A stretch of 64,000 nucleotides of DNA. Source: Nitrospirota bacterium. Its GTDB lineage: Bacteria; Nitrospirota; UBA9217. The position numbers were made by a program, and so were the translations under genes. Under the pieces are notes generated by a model. That model was not told the DNA's origin. It saw nothing but the letters and a program-made list of their open reading frames with translations, and did no database searches. The stretch lies in the NCBI GenBank assembly GCA_963737155.1, contig CAVTRN010000002.1, forward strand, positions 2,304,001-2,368,000, in the 5' to 3' direction. This document shows, one piece after another, positions 30,529 to 40,920 of the stretch. Within the stretch, counting starts at the first letter, position 1, and the number at the start of each line of letters is the position of its first letter.

Positions 30529-30603
30529 TGGTAGGCCCGGGCGGTATCGAACCGCCGACCTCTACCGTGTCAAGGTAGCGCTCTCCCCCTGAGCTACGAG
30601 CCT
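30529..30603 (-). tRNA. tRNA-Val(GAC)
   Basis: AGGCTCGTAGCTCAG...CTACC-TTGACAC-GGTAG...GGTTCGATACC...GGGCCTACCA cloverleaf. Confidence 0.96.
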
Positions 30604-30630
30604 ATATGTGCTATTTCGTAACAAGAGCGA

Positions 30631-30659
30631 ATTTTATTAAATTCCAGAGGGTTTGTCAA
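30631..30659 (-). promoter_or_regulatory. Putative sigma70 promoter of the tRNA-Val-thrS operon
   Basis: Minus strand TTGACA-17 nt-TAAAAT. Confidence 0.65.
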
Positions 30660-31673
30660 GAATAAAAACATCCCTTATATCCCGTCAAATACGCGATAAG
30701 GTTAAAAATCTCAATCAGGGCAGGATAATACACTACGATTCCGCTTACAGCATATTCGGAAATGTTGTGGAGCGGCTTTGCCGATTCTTTCTCATATCAA
30801 ATGGGTAAGCTCCACCTTGTTGTAGTCAAGCCTACTTATGAGCATGCAGATGGGAGCTACAAAGTTGTTGAATTTACAGTATTTTCATGCTTTCCATTTT
30901 TCAACCTAAAACCGCAAACTTTACCCACTTTATAAGAGACTAACAAGTTATACTGCACTTAATCCCATCTGCCAAAGATGGAGAACCGAAGCTCTACGTC
31001 AGAAAAACATGCAAAATAAGGCGAACGAATATGTTATGGGGCGCCTTAAAATAGGTGACCCAGAGGGTCCGTTTTTGGCGGCGTAAAGAAAACCAAGCCC
31101 TCTTTTCAAACTGTTTTAGGAGGTCGTGGTAAACTATGTCCTTCAGCAAACCGTTGGACCGAATCCATCTAGCTGTCCGCATATTTCCCGGGATATGAAG
31201 TGCCAGCCCTTTCCTGGATTTGAGTCTGTGCCTTCTCTGATTTGATTAGTTTCGCGCGGTAACCGCCTGTCCCGATAACTTATAGCAGCGTCTATGTGGT
31301 ATGCTTACCGTATCGGAATGCAAATAGTATGAACTTTTTTGGCCCTCCATACCTGAATCATTACCGCAAAATTTATTCTATATCTTGACAGGTGCAATAT
31401 GGTATGTTATACAATGAAAAATTCGGCATTTGCGTTCGGAATGCGAAGATTTTTGATGAACGAGAACATAGGGTATGCTGACGCTTAATCCGGAGCCAGT
31501 CTCAGGCTTGAGGTTTATGCTGAATCCGCATTTGCAGCCAGTCCAGCAGAGCTACTTCTGGTTTTTCTGCAAAATCTACTGTAATACTATCCTTATAAAA
31601 AATCCCCAGACGGAAGGACGTTGTCGTGCCTTCTCCACCTTGTACCGTCAGAATTGAGGAGGTAAGAAAAATA

Positions 31674-32597
31674 ATGGGATTTATGCAAAAACTCATATCA
31701 ATTGTTTTGCTATTGTTGTCTTGTGGCTGTGCCACTCTCCCAACAGGACCGAGCGTCACTGTCCTACCCACACAAGGAAAGCCTTTTGACACCTTCCGAG
31801 CCGAAGACGCAACCTGCAGACAGTGGGCGCAACAAAATATCGGGACGTCAGGTCAACAGACCTACGATAATAACGTTGCCATGGGAGCAGTTGCGGGTAC
31901 AGCCATAGGAGCCGGCCTGGGTGCGGCCGTAGGTTCAGCTTCCGGCCACGCTGGGGCAGGTGCCCTTATTGGTGGCGCATATGGGCTTCTAGTCGGATCA
32001 GTAGAAGGTTCAAACGCTGGGCAGATCTCTGGCAGGGAAACCCAGCACAGATATGACAACGCCTATGTCCAGTGTATGTATTCCTATGGGAATCAGGTGC
32101 CTGGATACCGCCCTCGTGTAGCAGCGCCTCCTCAACCCATTGTCGTCGCACCTCCGCCACCCGCAATGCCTGAAGCTGATGTGCAATCTCTTGATGCACC
32201 CCCACAAACCCCTGAGGTGGAGCAAGAGCCAGGACAATTTGCACCTCCGCCCGAGATTTATGTTGACGAACCACCTCAGTTTGTCTTCTCGCCTGCACTC
32301 AATTTGTATGTTGCAGTCGGAATCCCTTATGACCTTGTTTATACGGGGAGTGATTACTTTTACTTTTACAGTGGACGTTGGTATCGGGGGCTCTATTACA
32401 ACGGCCCGTGGTTGTTTGCTACCAGGAGATATTTCCCGCCTGTATTACTCAGGTACCAAATTGACCAAATCCGCCATTACCGTGACGTAGAGTTCAGACG
32501 CTATGAGCATGATAGAGCGCACTATGATGGAAAGGTCCACCGTCCCGCATCTCATGATAAAAAACGGCAAATAACAAGTAAGGAAGAAAAGAAGTGA
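31674..32597 (+). CDS. Glycine-zipper lipoprotein with Pro-rich linker and aromatic-rich C-terminal domain
   Basis: Lipobox-like LSCGC, GAVAGTAIGAGLGAAVG zipper, YVQCMY; RBS GAGGAGG upstream. Confidence 0.8.
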   Translation: MGFMQKLISIVLLLLSCGCATLPTGPSVTVLPTQGKPFDTFRAEDATCRQWAQQNIGTSGQQTYDNNVAMGAVAGTAIGAGLGAAVGSASGHAGAGALIGGAYGLLVGSVEGSNAGQISGRETQHRYDNAYVQCMYSYGNQVPGYRPRVAAPPQPIVVAPPPPAMPEADVQSLDAPPQTPEVEQEPGQFAPPPEIYVDEPPQFVFSPALNLYVAVGIPYDLVYTGSDYFYFYSGRWYRGLYYNGPWLFATRRYFPPVLLRYQIDQIRHYRDVEFRRYEHDRAHYDGKVHRPASHDKKRQITSKEEKK

Positions 32598-32712
32598 TGC
32601 AGCCGATTCGATAAGAACACTAAACGCAGAAACAGTTTAGACTGTCCCCGTTTTTTTTAAGTTTTCCAACTAAGATTCAGTTCCTGCCACAGACTTTATT
32701 TTATAATTCTTC

Positions 32713-32874
32713 AGCTTGAGCAGACAGCAGACGTGCGGAAGGCAACATATGAGGTGGCCGCATCAGCGCGAACACCGGGGCTTGAACATCAGCGCCAATT
32801 AATTTGCTGACTGTCCTGTAGTGAGCTTCACTACATAAATCAGGCAGGCGGATGAAACCCCGCCTGTTTTTTTT
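32713..32874 (+). ncRNA. Candidate orphan small RNA
   Basis: TATAAT at 32702-32707, hairpin TGTAGTGA/TCACTACA, terminal terminator, no long ORF. Confidence 0.45.
32845..32874 (+). terminator. Intrinsic terminator
   Basis: CAGGCGG-8-CCGCCTG followed by T8. Confidence 0.8.
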
Positions 32875-33681
32875 ATCTGTACAGAAGAAGCGTAAAGCTT
32901 ACGAGAGCATTGAGCAGGTACGGATTATTTAATGTCTGTATTTAATTATTTAACTTACTGATTCCACAAGAAATAAGTGTAGTGGTGCAACAAAATAAGC
33001 AAGGGGGAAAACGATGGATCTTCTGAACGGATAGACGCTCGTCCTTGAGAATCCACACTAGGCGGTCAACGCGGAATTCTCGGGAATCTACACAATCTGC
33101 AGGTGCATCCAGGGAATTTACGAACTTGTCAAAATTGCCTTAGGGATATCACGGAAATAGTCTTGGCAGAAAAGACACCGCAACAATCTAGCAAATTCTA
33201 CGCGGTTCTCTGTATAGGGATATGAAACCGCTAACCCGCTGGGAGTTGGATACGCTCAGCTCGATTCCCGTCTCTGCGCGCTGTTTCTCAAGCTTGATGG
33301 AGTATCTCCGATAGTGTTCTCGGTCTGGCAGAAGTTCCTCTCCATGATCAAGGCGAAAACACATCAAAAGGCGATGATCACAATCAACGAGATTGCTCAG
33401 GTAGAAAGTCTTAACAATTTCAGCAAGGCGCGAACCGATTCCTCAGCAATCCAGAAAGACGTCCATTATCCGACGAACAATTCGCTGACGTGGAACTGCA
33501 TCAAAATCTTTGGTCGTATACTCCTGGATTTAGCTGAAGAGACCGATAGAGTGATTGCGACGCGGCGGCACAAGAAGCAAGACAAAAAACATTTCGCCAA
33601 AATAATTTGCTAACATTTACCTTTTAAACGACAAGTCAACATCATCTACAATTCAATGACTCAATCTATATTGCACTAATT

Positions 33682-33717
33682 AAAAAAGAGGCCTTCCGTT
33701 TCCAGAAGGCCTCTTTT
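33682..33717. terminator. Probable bidirectional terminator
   Basis: AAAAAAGAGGCCTTC...GAAGGCCTCTTTT. Confidence 0.75.
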
Positions 33718-33733
33718 CAACAGAAAAGATGTA

Positions 33734-35398
33734 CTACCAGAGGGGGAAGAACAAGGGGAACATTTCCAGATTTGCTGTTCCGTCCCCGGTGCGCAGGTCA
33801 GCGATTTCAGGTATTGCAATCGCTGTGTAATTGGGTACCATAAACTCTTCAACCAACGTTGTTGACGTTGATGACCAGAGTACTGCATCAACACCATAGA
33901 TTGCTTTTGGTAGCGGATTTCCCGTCGAACCTCCCGGGAGATTCGAAATGGTATAAGAGCCGCCAGTGCTGACATCAGAGAGCGGCAAATCTCCTATCTT
34001 TGTGCTGATTGCATCTACAATCAGGCCTCGATGCACGGCAAATACGACACCGCTATTAAACTTGTTGTCCATAGCAGTTGGACTGGACATCGAAATCACG
34101 CCGTAAATATTATTTCCCGACCAGGGCGATATCACCGAAAGAGGAGTCCCGAAAGCAATAGATGGTATCGAATCTGTAATATTTGCTGTCCCAGGGAATG
34201 CGCTCGAACTATACAGTGACTGATCGGCGCCTGCGACGGCCTGGAAACCGCCAACGCCTTCAGCGGGATTTACGGCAGTAAGAGTAACCGTGCTGCTGCT
34301 GTACAGCCCCCATTGCAGTTGACCGTCAGAAAGCATAAACCCGCTGAATGCTCCGGTAAGAGGATTGAAATGCCTGAACCGGACCTCGTAAGGAACCTCG
34401 GTTGTACCGGTATCCGCTGATTGAAGGGTCTGATAGAAGTCTACCCAAGCCCCCGTAGGAGAGGTTATTGTTGCACTCGAGGCATAATCCGTGTCGGTCG
34501 TCATGGTAATGGTCGGTATGGATGTAGGGCTTGATCTAGGAGTTTTACCCTGGGTTACAGGCACACCTTTTACGATCGTCGTCTCGTATCCGATCCCTCT
34601 GACCAAAATGTCATACGTTGTGGTTGACGTCGCCGCAGAAACCGGAAATAAAATGAACTTTCCTGTGGAATCAGGTGTTGTAGAACGGCTGACTACATGA
34701 TATGTACCATCCGCGTTCAGAGTCTCGGCCTTGATTTCAAAGTGGGCAGCAGTTGAGAATGTGGCGCCGGTGCTGATTTGGCCGACGATTGCGCCAACAT
34801 GGTCAAGGTCGAAACAGGACAATCTCGGCTCCAAAATATATTCCGACCCGTTAAAATCCACGACGTCGTCACCCGCATCAATATCAATGGTAAGTTTTTG
34901 TGTCGCCCCGCTGGTTACCGCGAATGTACCGATAAGTGCGATCCCATCGTCTGGATCCGGAATCCTGAGCGAGTACGTGTTGCCACCGAGAGATACCTCA
35001 TTGAAATGGGAATGGCCTGCCGGAGAATTTGCCGCATCGGTCGAGACCAGGAACAGCCTGATTTGCTGATAGGTGCCGGCAGGAAGTTGAATGCCGCTCC
35101 ATAAATTTGAGGATACGTTCCCGTTACTCAGCGTAGTCAGATCAATGGTCATGGGAGAGTTCAGCGGAAATTTTAGCCATCCTGAATCGGTCGTGCTGGC
35201 ATTTGGGTCTGTATGGAACCAGACGTCTTTCACGGTTACCCAAACATGGTCGTAATCACCGGGAGCATCGACAAGTGATAGATTCATGGCCCCATTCGAA
35301 GAAGATGATGAGGGTGAACTGCTGCTTCCGCCACACGCCTGCAAGGTGATAATTACCGTTAGTAAAACTATTAACTGGATCACGCGCCTTAGAGTCAT
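33734..35398 (-). CDS. DUF4382-domain lipoprotein, Ser/Thr-rich
   Basis: Lipobox LQAC followed by poly-Ser, LVDAPGDYDHVWVTV, LPAGTYQQIRL. Confidence 0.8.
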   Translation of the reverse strand: MTLRRVIQLIVLLTVIITLQACGGSSSSPSSSSSNGAMNLSLVDAPGDYDHVWVTVKDVWFHTDPNASTTDSGWLKFPLNSPMTIDLTTLSNGNVSSNLWSGIQLPAGTYQQIRLFLVSTDAANSPAGHSHFNEVSLGGNTYSLRIPDPDDGIALIGTFAVTSGATQKLTIDIDAGDDVVDFNGSEYILEPRLSCFDLDHVGAIVGQISTGATFSTAAHFEIKAETLNADGTYHVVSRSTTPDSTGKFILFPVSAATSTTTYDILVRGIGYETTIVKGVPVTQGKTPRSSPTSIPTITMTTDTDYASSATITSPTGAWVDFYQTLQSADTGTTEVPYEVRFRHFNPLTGAFSGFMLSDGQLQWGLYSSSTVTLTAVNPAEGVGGFQAVAGADQSLYSSSAFPGTANITDSIPSIAFGTPLSVISPWSGNNIYGVISMSSPTAMDNKFNSGVVFAVHRGLIVDAISTKIGDLPLSDVSTGGSYTISNLPGGSTGNPLPKAIYGVDAVLWSSTSTTLVEEFMVPNYTAIAIPEIADLRTGDGTANLEMFPLFFPLW

Positions 35399-35985
35399 TT
35401 CTTTCTACCTCCTTATTTTATTAATTATGAAATTCTGTATCAATATACCCTTATGTTGTATGACACGGCAATTAGTAAAATGTTAAATCGAAGCAATTTA
35501 TGACAAATATTTAATGCTTATACGATATAGACTTGCAATTGCAGGGCCCTAGTTTGCCTACATCAAAAGTTATGTGATTGTAAAACGAGCATATCACAAT
35601 GGCATTATGTAATTTGTGATTAACGTCACAAGGCGAATACTTTCTCTGTCTCCAATGAAAATCGGCTCCTCAGCAGGATCTGTGCCAAATTTTCGGATCC
35701 GATTCATTATCTCAAACACCGCGACCCTAAGTTCCCTTCGATGATCATGTATTCGTTTCGTTGCAAAGAAGGCGGCTGTCTATTTTTGATGTTAAGGCTG
35801 CGGTCGACAAAATCGGCCGTCGACGAGGGCCGGCGATACCTCGACCTACACCTCACTCATTGCGACATATCTTCGCCGCGAGAGCCCCTTCTCTGAAAGG
35901 ATTTGGTTTTATCTGAATTATTTATATCTAATCACGGATGGGAGTAGTTGTCAATTTTTAGAAGTTACAATCGTTCACTTTGTAA

Positions 35986-37847
35986 CGGATGTTCCCCCTA
36001 ATAAAAGGCGCGTTTGAACATTTCATCATTTTGTAAAAACAGTCTATTTTCTTCTTGAAGGCAACTTCTTCTTAGTGGTTACTTTTACTCCTGTGCTGGG
36101 AAATATCTCCGGCAATCGTACTCCGGCTGCGTTCAACAATTTTCCGATCGATTCCCGCGGTTCCGGTATGCGATTATAGCGGACCGATCCATTCACACTA
36201 ACCTCCACGGCGCATAAGGTTGAAAGCTCATCGAGTCCTTCTTGCACCGTTGTGTCCAACTGCCTCCATCGCCTGGACAGCTCCTTCACAACCCGATACG
36301 CCATCATGACCACGAATACATGGCCACGCGTCCGTGTCGCGAGCCGCACATGAATGGGCCGGACCTCCAATTCCGCTGTCTTACTGGTACGGAAAGCGGA
36401 TTCTACCAAGGTTAGATCCTTATACCGATCATGAATCGTTTCTTTGCTTGCGGATTCCACCGGAAGGTCGGTCTTCAGCACATAGCAACCGTCAAACTTT
36501 TCCGCTTCCCCGAGCGCATCGGCGTTTACGGTTATCGACAGTACCCTGTCTGTTGCCGAAGCCTTCGCCCAATCGGATATCTTGAGCCGTTCCATTCGTT
36601 CACTTATTGCGCGAAGCGCAATTGCGACCTTCGCTTTGGGATGTTCCTCAAGATAGCGGTTCCGCTCGTCAACCATCTTACGGGCTGATGCGAGCTTATC
36701 CTCCCGGGATGCCTTCATTTCCTCAGCTCTCACGGGATTGCGTCTCAGTATATATCGCGTCCCCTCATCTGTCGTGACCTCCGCAAGCGCTTGATCGAAC
36801 AGGTTCATCTGAATGATATTACGCGCAAGAAGATTTTCGATCTGCGGCTTGGTAATAGCCGTGATGTAATGAAACCCGTAGGGTTCCGCATGCAGCGCTT
36901 CAATTTGACCGCTCTTGATCATCCCTCGATCGCCCACAAACGTCACATCCTTCGCCCCGAACCGCTCCGCGACCTTCTTAATCTGCGGTCCAACAGTCTT
37001 GGGATCCTGGGTATTGCCGGTAAACACCTCCACAGACAGCGGTGTACCTTCGTTATCGCATAACAACCCAATCACGATCTGCAGCTTGCCCTTCTTGCCG
37101 TCCCGGTTGTAGCCGAAAGCCGACAACTCGTTCTCCGTCCCTTCCAAATACGAACTGGTCACATCGTACAAAAACAGCCCCGGTTTCCCGTCTCCATGCA
37201 GTTTTCGAAAAAGACGATCTTCGATCGTTGCCTGACGTTCGGCAAGCCAGTCGAGATTGTCGTATAAATCGTTCTCATCGAACTTCTCCACGCTCAAAAT
37301 ATCGCACGCCGCGTGAGCCCCGGCCAATCGCACCGCTGACAGCCGCGATCCCTGATCGATGACTCTCGCAATCACCTGCCACAGCGCCAGTTTGCCTTCC
37401 CTGGTTGTTCCCATGGCCTCTACGATCCCCAATTCGCGAGCAATCGAATAAACAAGCCATACCGCGCCGAACGAAAGCCCTTGCTTTTGAGTCACAGTCA
37501 TCTTGTCGGAAAGGAGAGAGGCAAGTTGTTCTTTATGGCGCAAGGCGAGCTTGATTGCGGCAACCTCTGCATCGGAGCAGGAACTCAGATTTGCAATCGT
37601 GCGGTGCTTGACCTTGCCGTTTTCTCGATAGCACTCCCGGAGAAGATAGCGGGTGTAGGATTTGTTTCCCTGCTTCACGGTAGAGGAGTCGACGTACATA
37701 GTGGTTACTTAAATATCATAATTAAAGCAATTTGTCAATATAATTATAATTAATAAGAATATTTTAGTGGCTACATATTTAGGACAAAAAAAGGCCTAAC
37801 CTGCTGCAAGATAAATGATTTTCTGAATATCGAGGGCGGAACATCCG
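35986..37847 (-). mobile_element. IS1634 family insertion sequence (complete)
   Basis: Terminal inverted repeats CGGATGTTCC/GGAACATCCG and 6-bp target duplication TTGTAA (35980-85 and 37848-53). Confidence 0.9.
36044..37699 (-). CDS. IS1634 family DDE transposase
   Basis: RENGKVKHRTIANL, YDVTSSY, FGYNRDGK, VGDRGM, VESAFR. Confidence 0.93.
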   Translation of the reverse strand: MYVDSSTVKQGNKSYTRYLLRECYRENGKVKHRTIANLSSCSDAEVAAIKLALRHKEQLASLLSDKMTVTQKQGLSFGAVWLVYSIARELGIVEAMGTTREGKLALWQVIARVIDQGSRLSAVRLAGAHAACDILSVEKFDENDLYDNLDWLAERQATIEDRLFRKLHGDGKPGLFLYDVTSSYLEGTENELSAFGYNRDGKKGKLQIVIGLLCDNEGTPLSVEVFTGNTQDPKTVGPQIKKVAERFGAKDVTFVGDRGMIKSGQIEALHAEPYGFHYITAITKPQIENLLARNIIQMNLFDQALAEVTTDEGTRYILRRNPVRAEEMKASREDKLASARKMVDERNRYLEEHPKAKVAIALRAISERMERLKISDWAKASATDRVLSITVNADALGEAEKFDGCYVLKTDLPVESASKETIHDRYKDLTLVESAFRTSKTAELEVRPIHVRLATRTRGHVFVVMMAYRVVKELSRRWRQLDTTVQEGLDELSTLCAVEVSVNGSVRYNRIPEPRESIGKLLNAAGVRLPEIFPSTGVKVTTKKKLPSRRK

Positions 37848-37849
37848 TT

Positions 37850-38075
37850 GTAAAAAAGCGCAGAAAACCACAGCCGTAAGCCGTGGATGAAAGCGTACCA
37901 GCAATAGACTGGAGCTGTTTTTAATGATACAATGGTAGCATGGAAGTTAATTTAAGACAGAATATTTACCATTACGCAATAATCGCGCACTTTCCTGCGA
38001 GATGAGGTAAAAAACTTATACCAATCCTGCATCAGTGGCTTGGACGTGGTCGCTGGTTTCCCCGCCGACGATTTT
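37850..38075 (+). mobile_element. IS200/IS605-like remnant (internally deleted)
   Basis: AAGCGCAGAAAACCACAGCCGTAAGCCGTGGATGAAAGCG resembles an IS200/605 sub-terminal hairpin end; a degenerate second end lies near 38025-38070. Confidence 0.5.
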
Positions 38076-38411
38076 TGCTGACCAGGAGATATACATGATT
38101 ATACGAATGTTTTATAATAAAGAACCTGGCTTGCTTTATCCGTCTATGTGCTCGTTGCTGTAGTTCGGAAACAATTCAGATCAATCGCAGTCTCTATGCA
38201 ATTTTACAAATTCTCATTGTGATATTGTTTGAAATAAAACCGATTTATCAGGCCCTTTCTTCCAATGGTTACGATGACAAAAAGAGCGCTAATGATAACC
38301 AATTGTTTTATTTCAACGGGCATGCACACCACCAGCTTACTCATGAAGCAAATCGTCAGAATCTTCGCTTGAGCACGGAAACTATAAACTTTTTAGAAGA
38401 GGAATTTGTCC

Positions 38412-39503
38412 ATGACTGAACAGAGTGATCCACACGGCGGAACACGCATACTCATCATTTTAGCAGCGCTCGCAATCATCACTGGGGGTATTTATCAGGC
38501 ACAATCGGTTATGGCATGGTTTCTCGTCGTTGTCTTCCTGGCCGCCATCGGCACGCCGTCGGTCCGCTGGCTTGAGCAGAAACGCATTCCTCATGTAGTC
38601 GCGGTGTTGCTTGTGATGGCGTGTATGGCTACTATTCTCGTGATTATCGGAGGACTCGTCGTCACGTCACTTAAAAATTTTTACGCGGACCTCCCGTATT
38701 ATCAGACGCGCTTACAGATGCATCTTTCTTCACTCCAGACGTTTTTAGCAAGTAAGGGTATCCCGTTCCGGGACTCATTGTTGTTCGACCAGATCAAACC
38801 AGATGCGATTAAGAGCCTGACCGCCAGTCTGCTCAAGGGTCTGGGTTCGGCGCTGTTCGAAATCGTCTTGATTCTGCTCGCCGTAACTTTTATACTTCTT
38901 GAATCCTCTAGCTTCCCAGTCAAAATCCGCGCTATTCTTGGTGATCCTCAGCACGATTTTCACCGGTTTATGAGGTTCGTCTATGATATCAACCGCTATA
39001 TGGCCATTAAAACGGCGATTAGTCTGACAACTGGTGTTCTGATCGGGATATGGTTGTCATTCCTCGGCGTAGATTTCCCCATTCTCTGGGGTTTCCTGGC
39101 ATTTTTGCTCCACTATGTACCTAATGTCGGCGCCCTTATCGCCGCAGGTCCCGCAGTTTTTCTCGCCTTTATCCAGTTCGGGATAGGCCGTGCCTCGCTC
39201 GCGGCTATCGGATATCTGGCAGTGGATTTCATTTTCGGCAACGTGGTCGAGCCGATGCTCATGGGTCGGAGGCTTGGCCTATCCACGCTGGTTGTATTTC
39301 TCTCTCTGATTTTTTGGGGAGGCCTGCTCGGTATTATCGGTGTGGTTCTGAGCATACCTTTGACCATGACTCTGAAGTATGTGTGCGAGAATCACAAAAG
39401 TACACGGTGGATCGCGACATTGCTCGGACCTGAGATGACCCCTGCAAAAGTTCCACCGACACCGAAAAAGGGAGCCGATTCTGTAACTGAAATAAATCCA
39501 TGA
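38412..39503 (+). CDS. AI-2E family transporter (PerM/YhhT-like)
   Basis: Multiple TM segments, LAFLLHYVPNVG, GNVVEPMLMGRRLGLS, FWGGLLG. Confidence 0.92.
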   Translation: MTEQSDPHGGTRILIILAALAIITGGIYQAQSVMAWFLVVVFLAAIGTPSVRWLEQKRIPHVVAVLLVMACMATILVIIGGLVVTSLKNFYADLPYYQTRLQMHLSSLQTFLASKGIPFRDSLLFDQIKPDAIKSLTASLLKGLGSALFEIVLILLAVTFILLESSSFPVKIRAILGDPQHDFHRFMRFVYDINRYMAIKTAISLTTGVLIGIWLSFLGVDFPILWGFLAFLLHYVPNVGALIAAGPAVFLAFIQFGIGRASLAAIGYLAVDFIFGNVVEPMLMGRRLGLSTLVVFLSLIFWGGLLGIIGVVLSIPLTMTLKYVCENHKSTRWIATLLGPEMTPAKVPPTPKKGADSVTEINP

Positions 39504-39560
39504 ATATTCGTACCAGGAACTTGCACCTTCATATATTTCGGCTCAAGACATAGTATGTGC

Positions 39561-39680
39561 GTAGAGTGAAGCCCTGGCGTAGTGGATATAGGTTTGGCCT
39601 ATCTGTTGCTGTCCCTTTCGGTTGACAGTACCTCACTAACCAACCTATACCCTATCTCCAGGACCCCCTCATCAAGTTGT
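39561..39680 (-). mobile_element. Group II intron 3' remnant (3' strand of DV plus extended DVI)
   Basis: Minus strand TTGATGAGGGGGTCCTGGA...TACTGTCAACCGAAAGGGACAGCAACAGATAGG...ACCTA...GCCAGGGCTTCACTCTAC. Confidence 0.6.
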
Positions 39681-40330
39681 AGGCTCAGGTGATTCACTCA
39701 CATTATGTACTTGAGAGAACGGGTTTGTCCCCTTTTGACCATCTAAGCCGCCTTTCCCAAGGGATTGCCCCACGTGGCGATTTATTGTTAAGGACAGAAA
39801 GCGGCCTTCGGCCTTCTAACCGGGAATGTGATACGTAAAAGATTTTAACAAGTTTTGGATCAACATGAGAAATGATTTAATGCATGATGGAAAACTATCT
39901 GGCACCAGATTCCCAAACAAAGATTTACATACGTGTATCTCTGTGTGTTCGGATGTTTTAAATTGGATAGTTAGTATATTTTTGCGATATTTCAAATGGG
40001 AACCATTAATAAGAAGCGGTTCTCTAACGAATTGAGTATAAATTCTTATGCTATTATTAATTGATAATAAAGCAGACAGCAGCTCAGTGAGGACTATCTT
40101 GATAACGGCCGCTGCTCATCCTCGGCGTTCATGTGTATCAATTTACAACTGGCAATCTGCATCTCCTATTTAATGATTGCTGTGAAGGCTAGGTGAATAC
40201 TAGATAGACATAATTTAAAAAGATGTGTAGAATCGCCGTTGTATCATGCGGCGCATCCTTCAACCTGATTTATGTCCGCTTACGGTAGTAAACAATATCT
40301 TATCACAGACATTTAAGAGGAGGACACATT

Positions 40331-40636
40331 ATGAAGAACAGAGAGGAATATATCGATAAGTTAGCAGCACAGCTCAAGGAGTGGTCCGTCAAGATCGATG
40401 AGTTTGAGTCTAAGGCTCGTGCGGCCAAGGCTGATGTGAAAACCGGGTATGAAAATCAGATCAGGCAACTCAAGGATAAACGGGACACCGCTACGCAGAA
40501 ACTTCAAGAGCTTAAGGGTGCAAGCACCGATGCATGGGAGACTCTGAAGGCGGGCACGGAAACAGTATGGGCAGACCTTAAGAACGCCGTCACTGCAGCG
40601 AAAGAGAGGTTTAAAAAGCCAACCGGCCCGAGCTAA
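40331..40636 (+). CDS. Small coiled-coil protein (sll1863-like stress protein family, tentative)
   Basis: RBS AGAGGAGG; YIDKLAAQLKEW...AWETLKAG pattern. Confidence 0.75.
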   Translation: MKNREEYIDKLAAQLKEWSVKIDEFESKARAAKADVKTGYENQIRQLKDKRDTATQKLQELKGASTDAWETLKAGTETVWADLKNAVTAAKERFKKPTGPS

Positions 40637-40833
40637 CGGTGAAACTGACGCAGAGGCTGAAAGAACCTAATAGGGATCGAAGCAAGAGGCGGGAAGGCGT
40701 AGATGCCACCATTCCCTGTCGTTCCACACCGATCGCTTCACCACGTGTGAACTCGTCGATCACATGCGCTTTTCACGTTGTATCCTGCATTGATTTATAG
40801 TCAACATACTATAACGCCTGTGCAAGCTCGTAG

Positions 40834-40920
40834 GTGAAGTCGAATTTCATATAATATTAGCGAAAGTGCAGAATTCCTTTTGTATCATTGCATTTTGTGA
40901 TAAAGCTTTCAGTCAGCACT
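40834..40920 (+). repeat. Degenerate direct repeat of about 90 bp, copy A
   Basis: GTGAAGTCGAATTTCAT..ATAATATTAG..GAATTC..ATTGCATTT.GTGAT aligns with 44405-44495. Confidence 0.7.

Noticed and set aside
30799-30930. Possible MITE bounded by TGGGTAA/TTACCCA
   Set aside because: The repeat is short and imperfect, and no target duplication was found.
32628-32660. REP-like GACTGTCCCC motif (similar GGGTTTGTCCCC near 39720)
   Set aside because: Only isolated short half-sites, too few to support a repeat family here.
33013-33613. Small ORFs or pseudogene after RBS AAGGGGG and ORF 33314-33613
   Set aside because: Multiple stops and no recognisable family.
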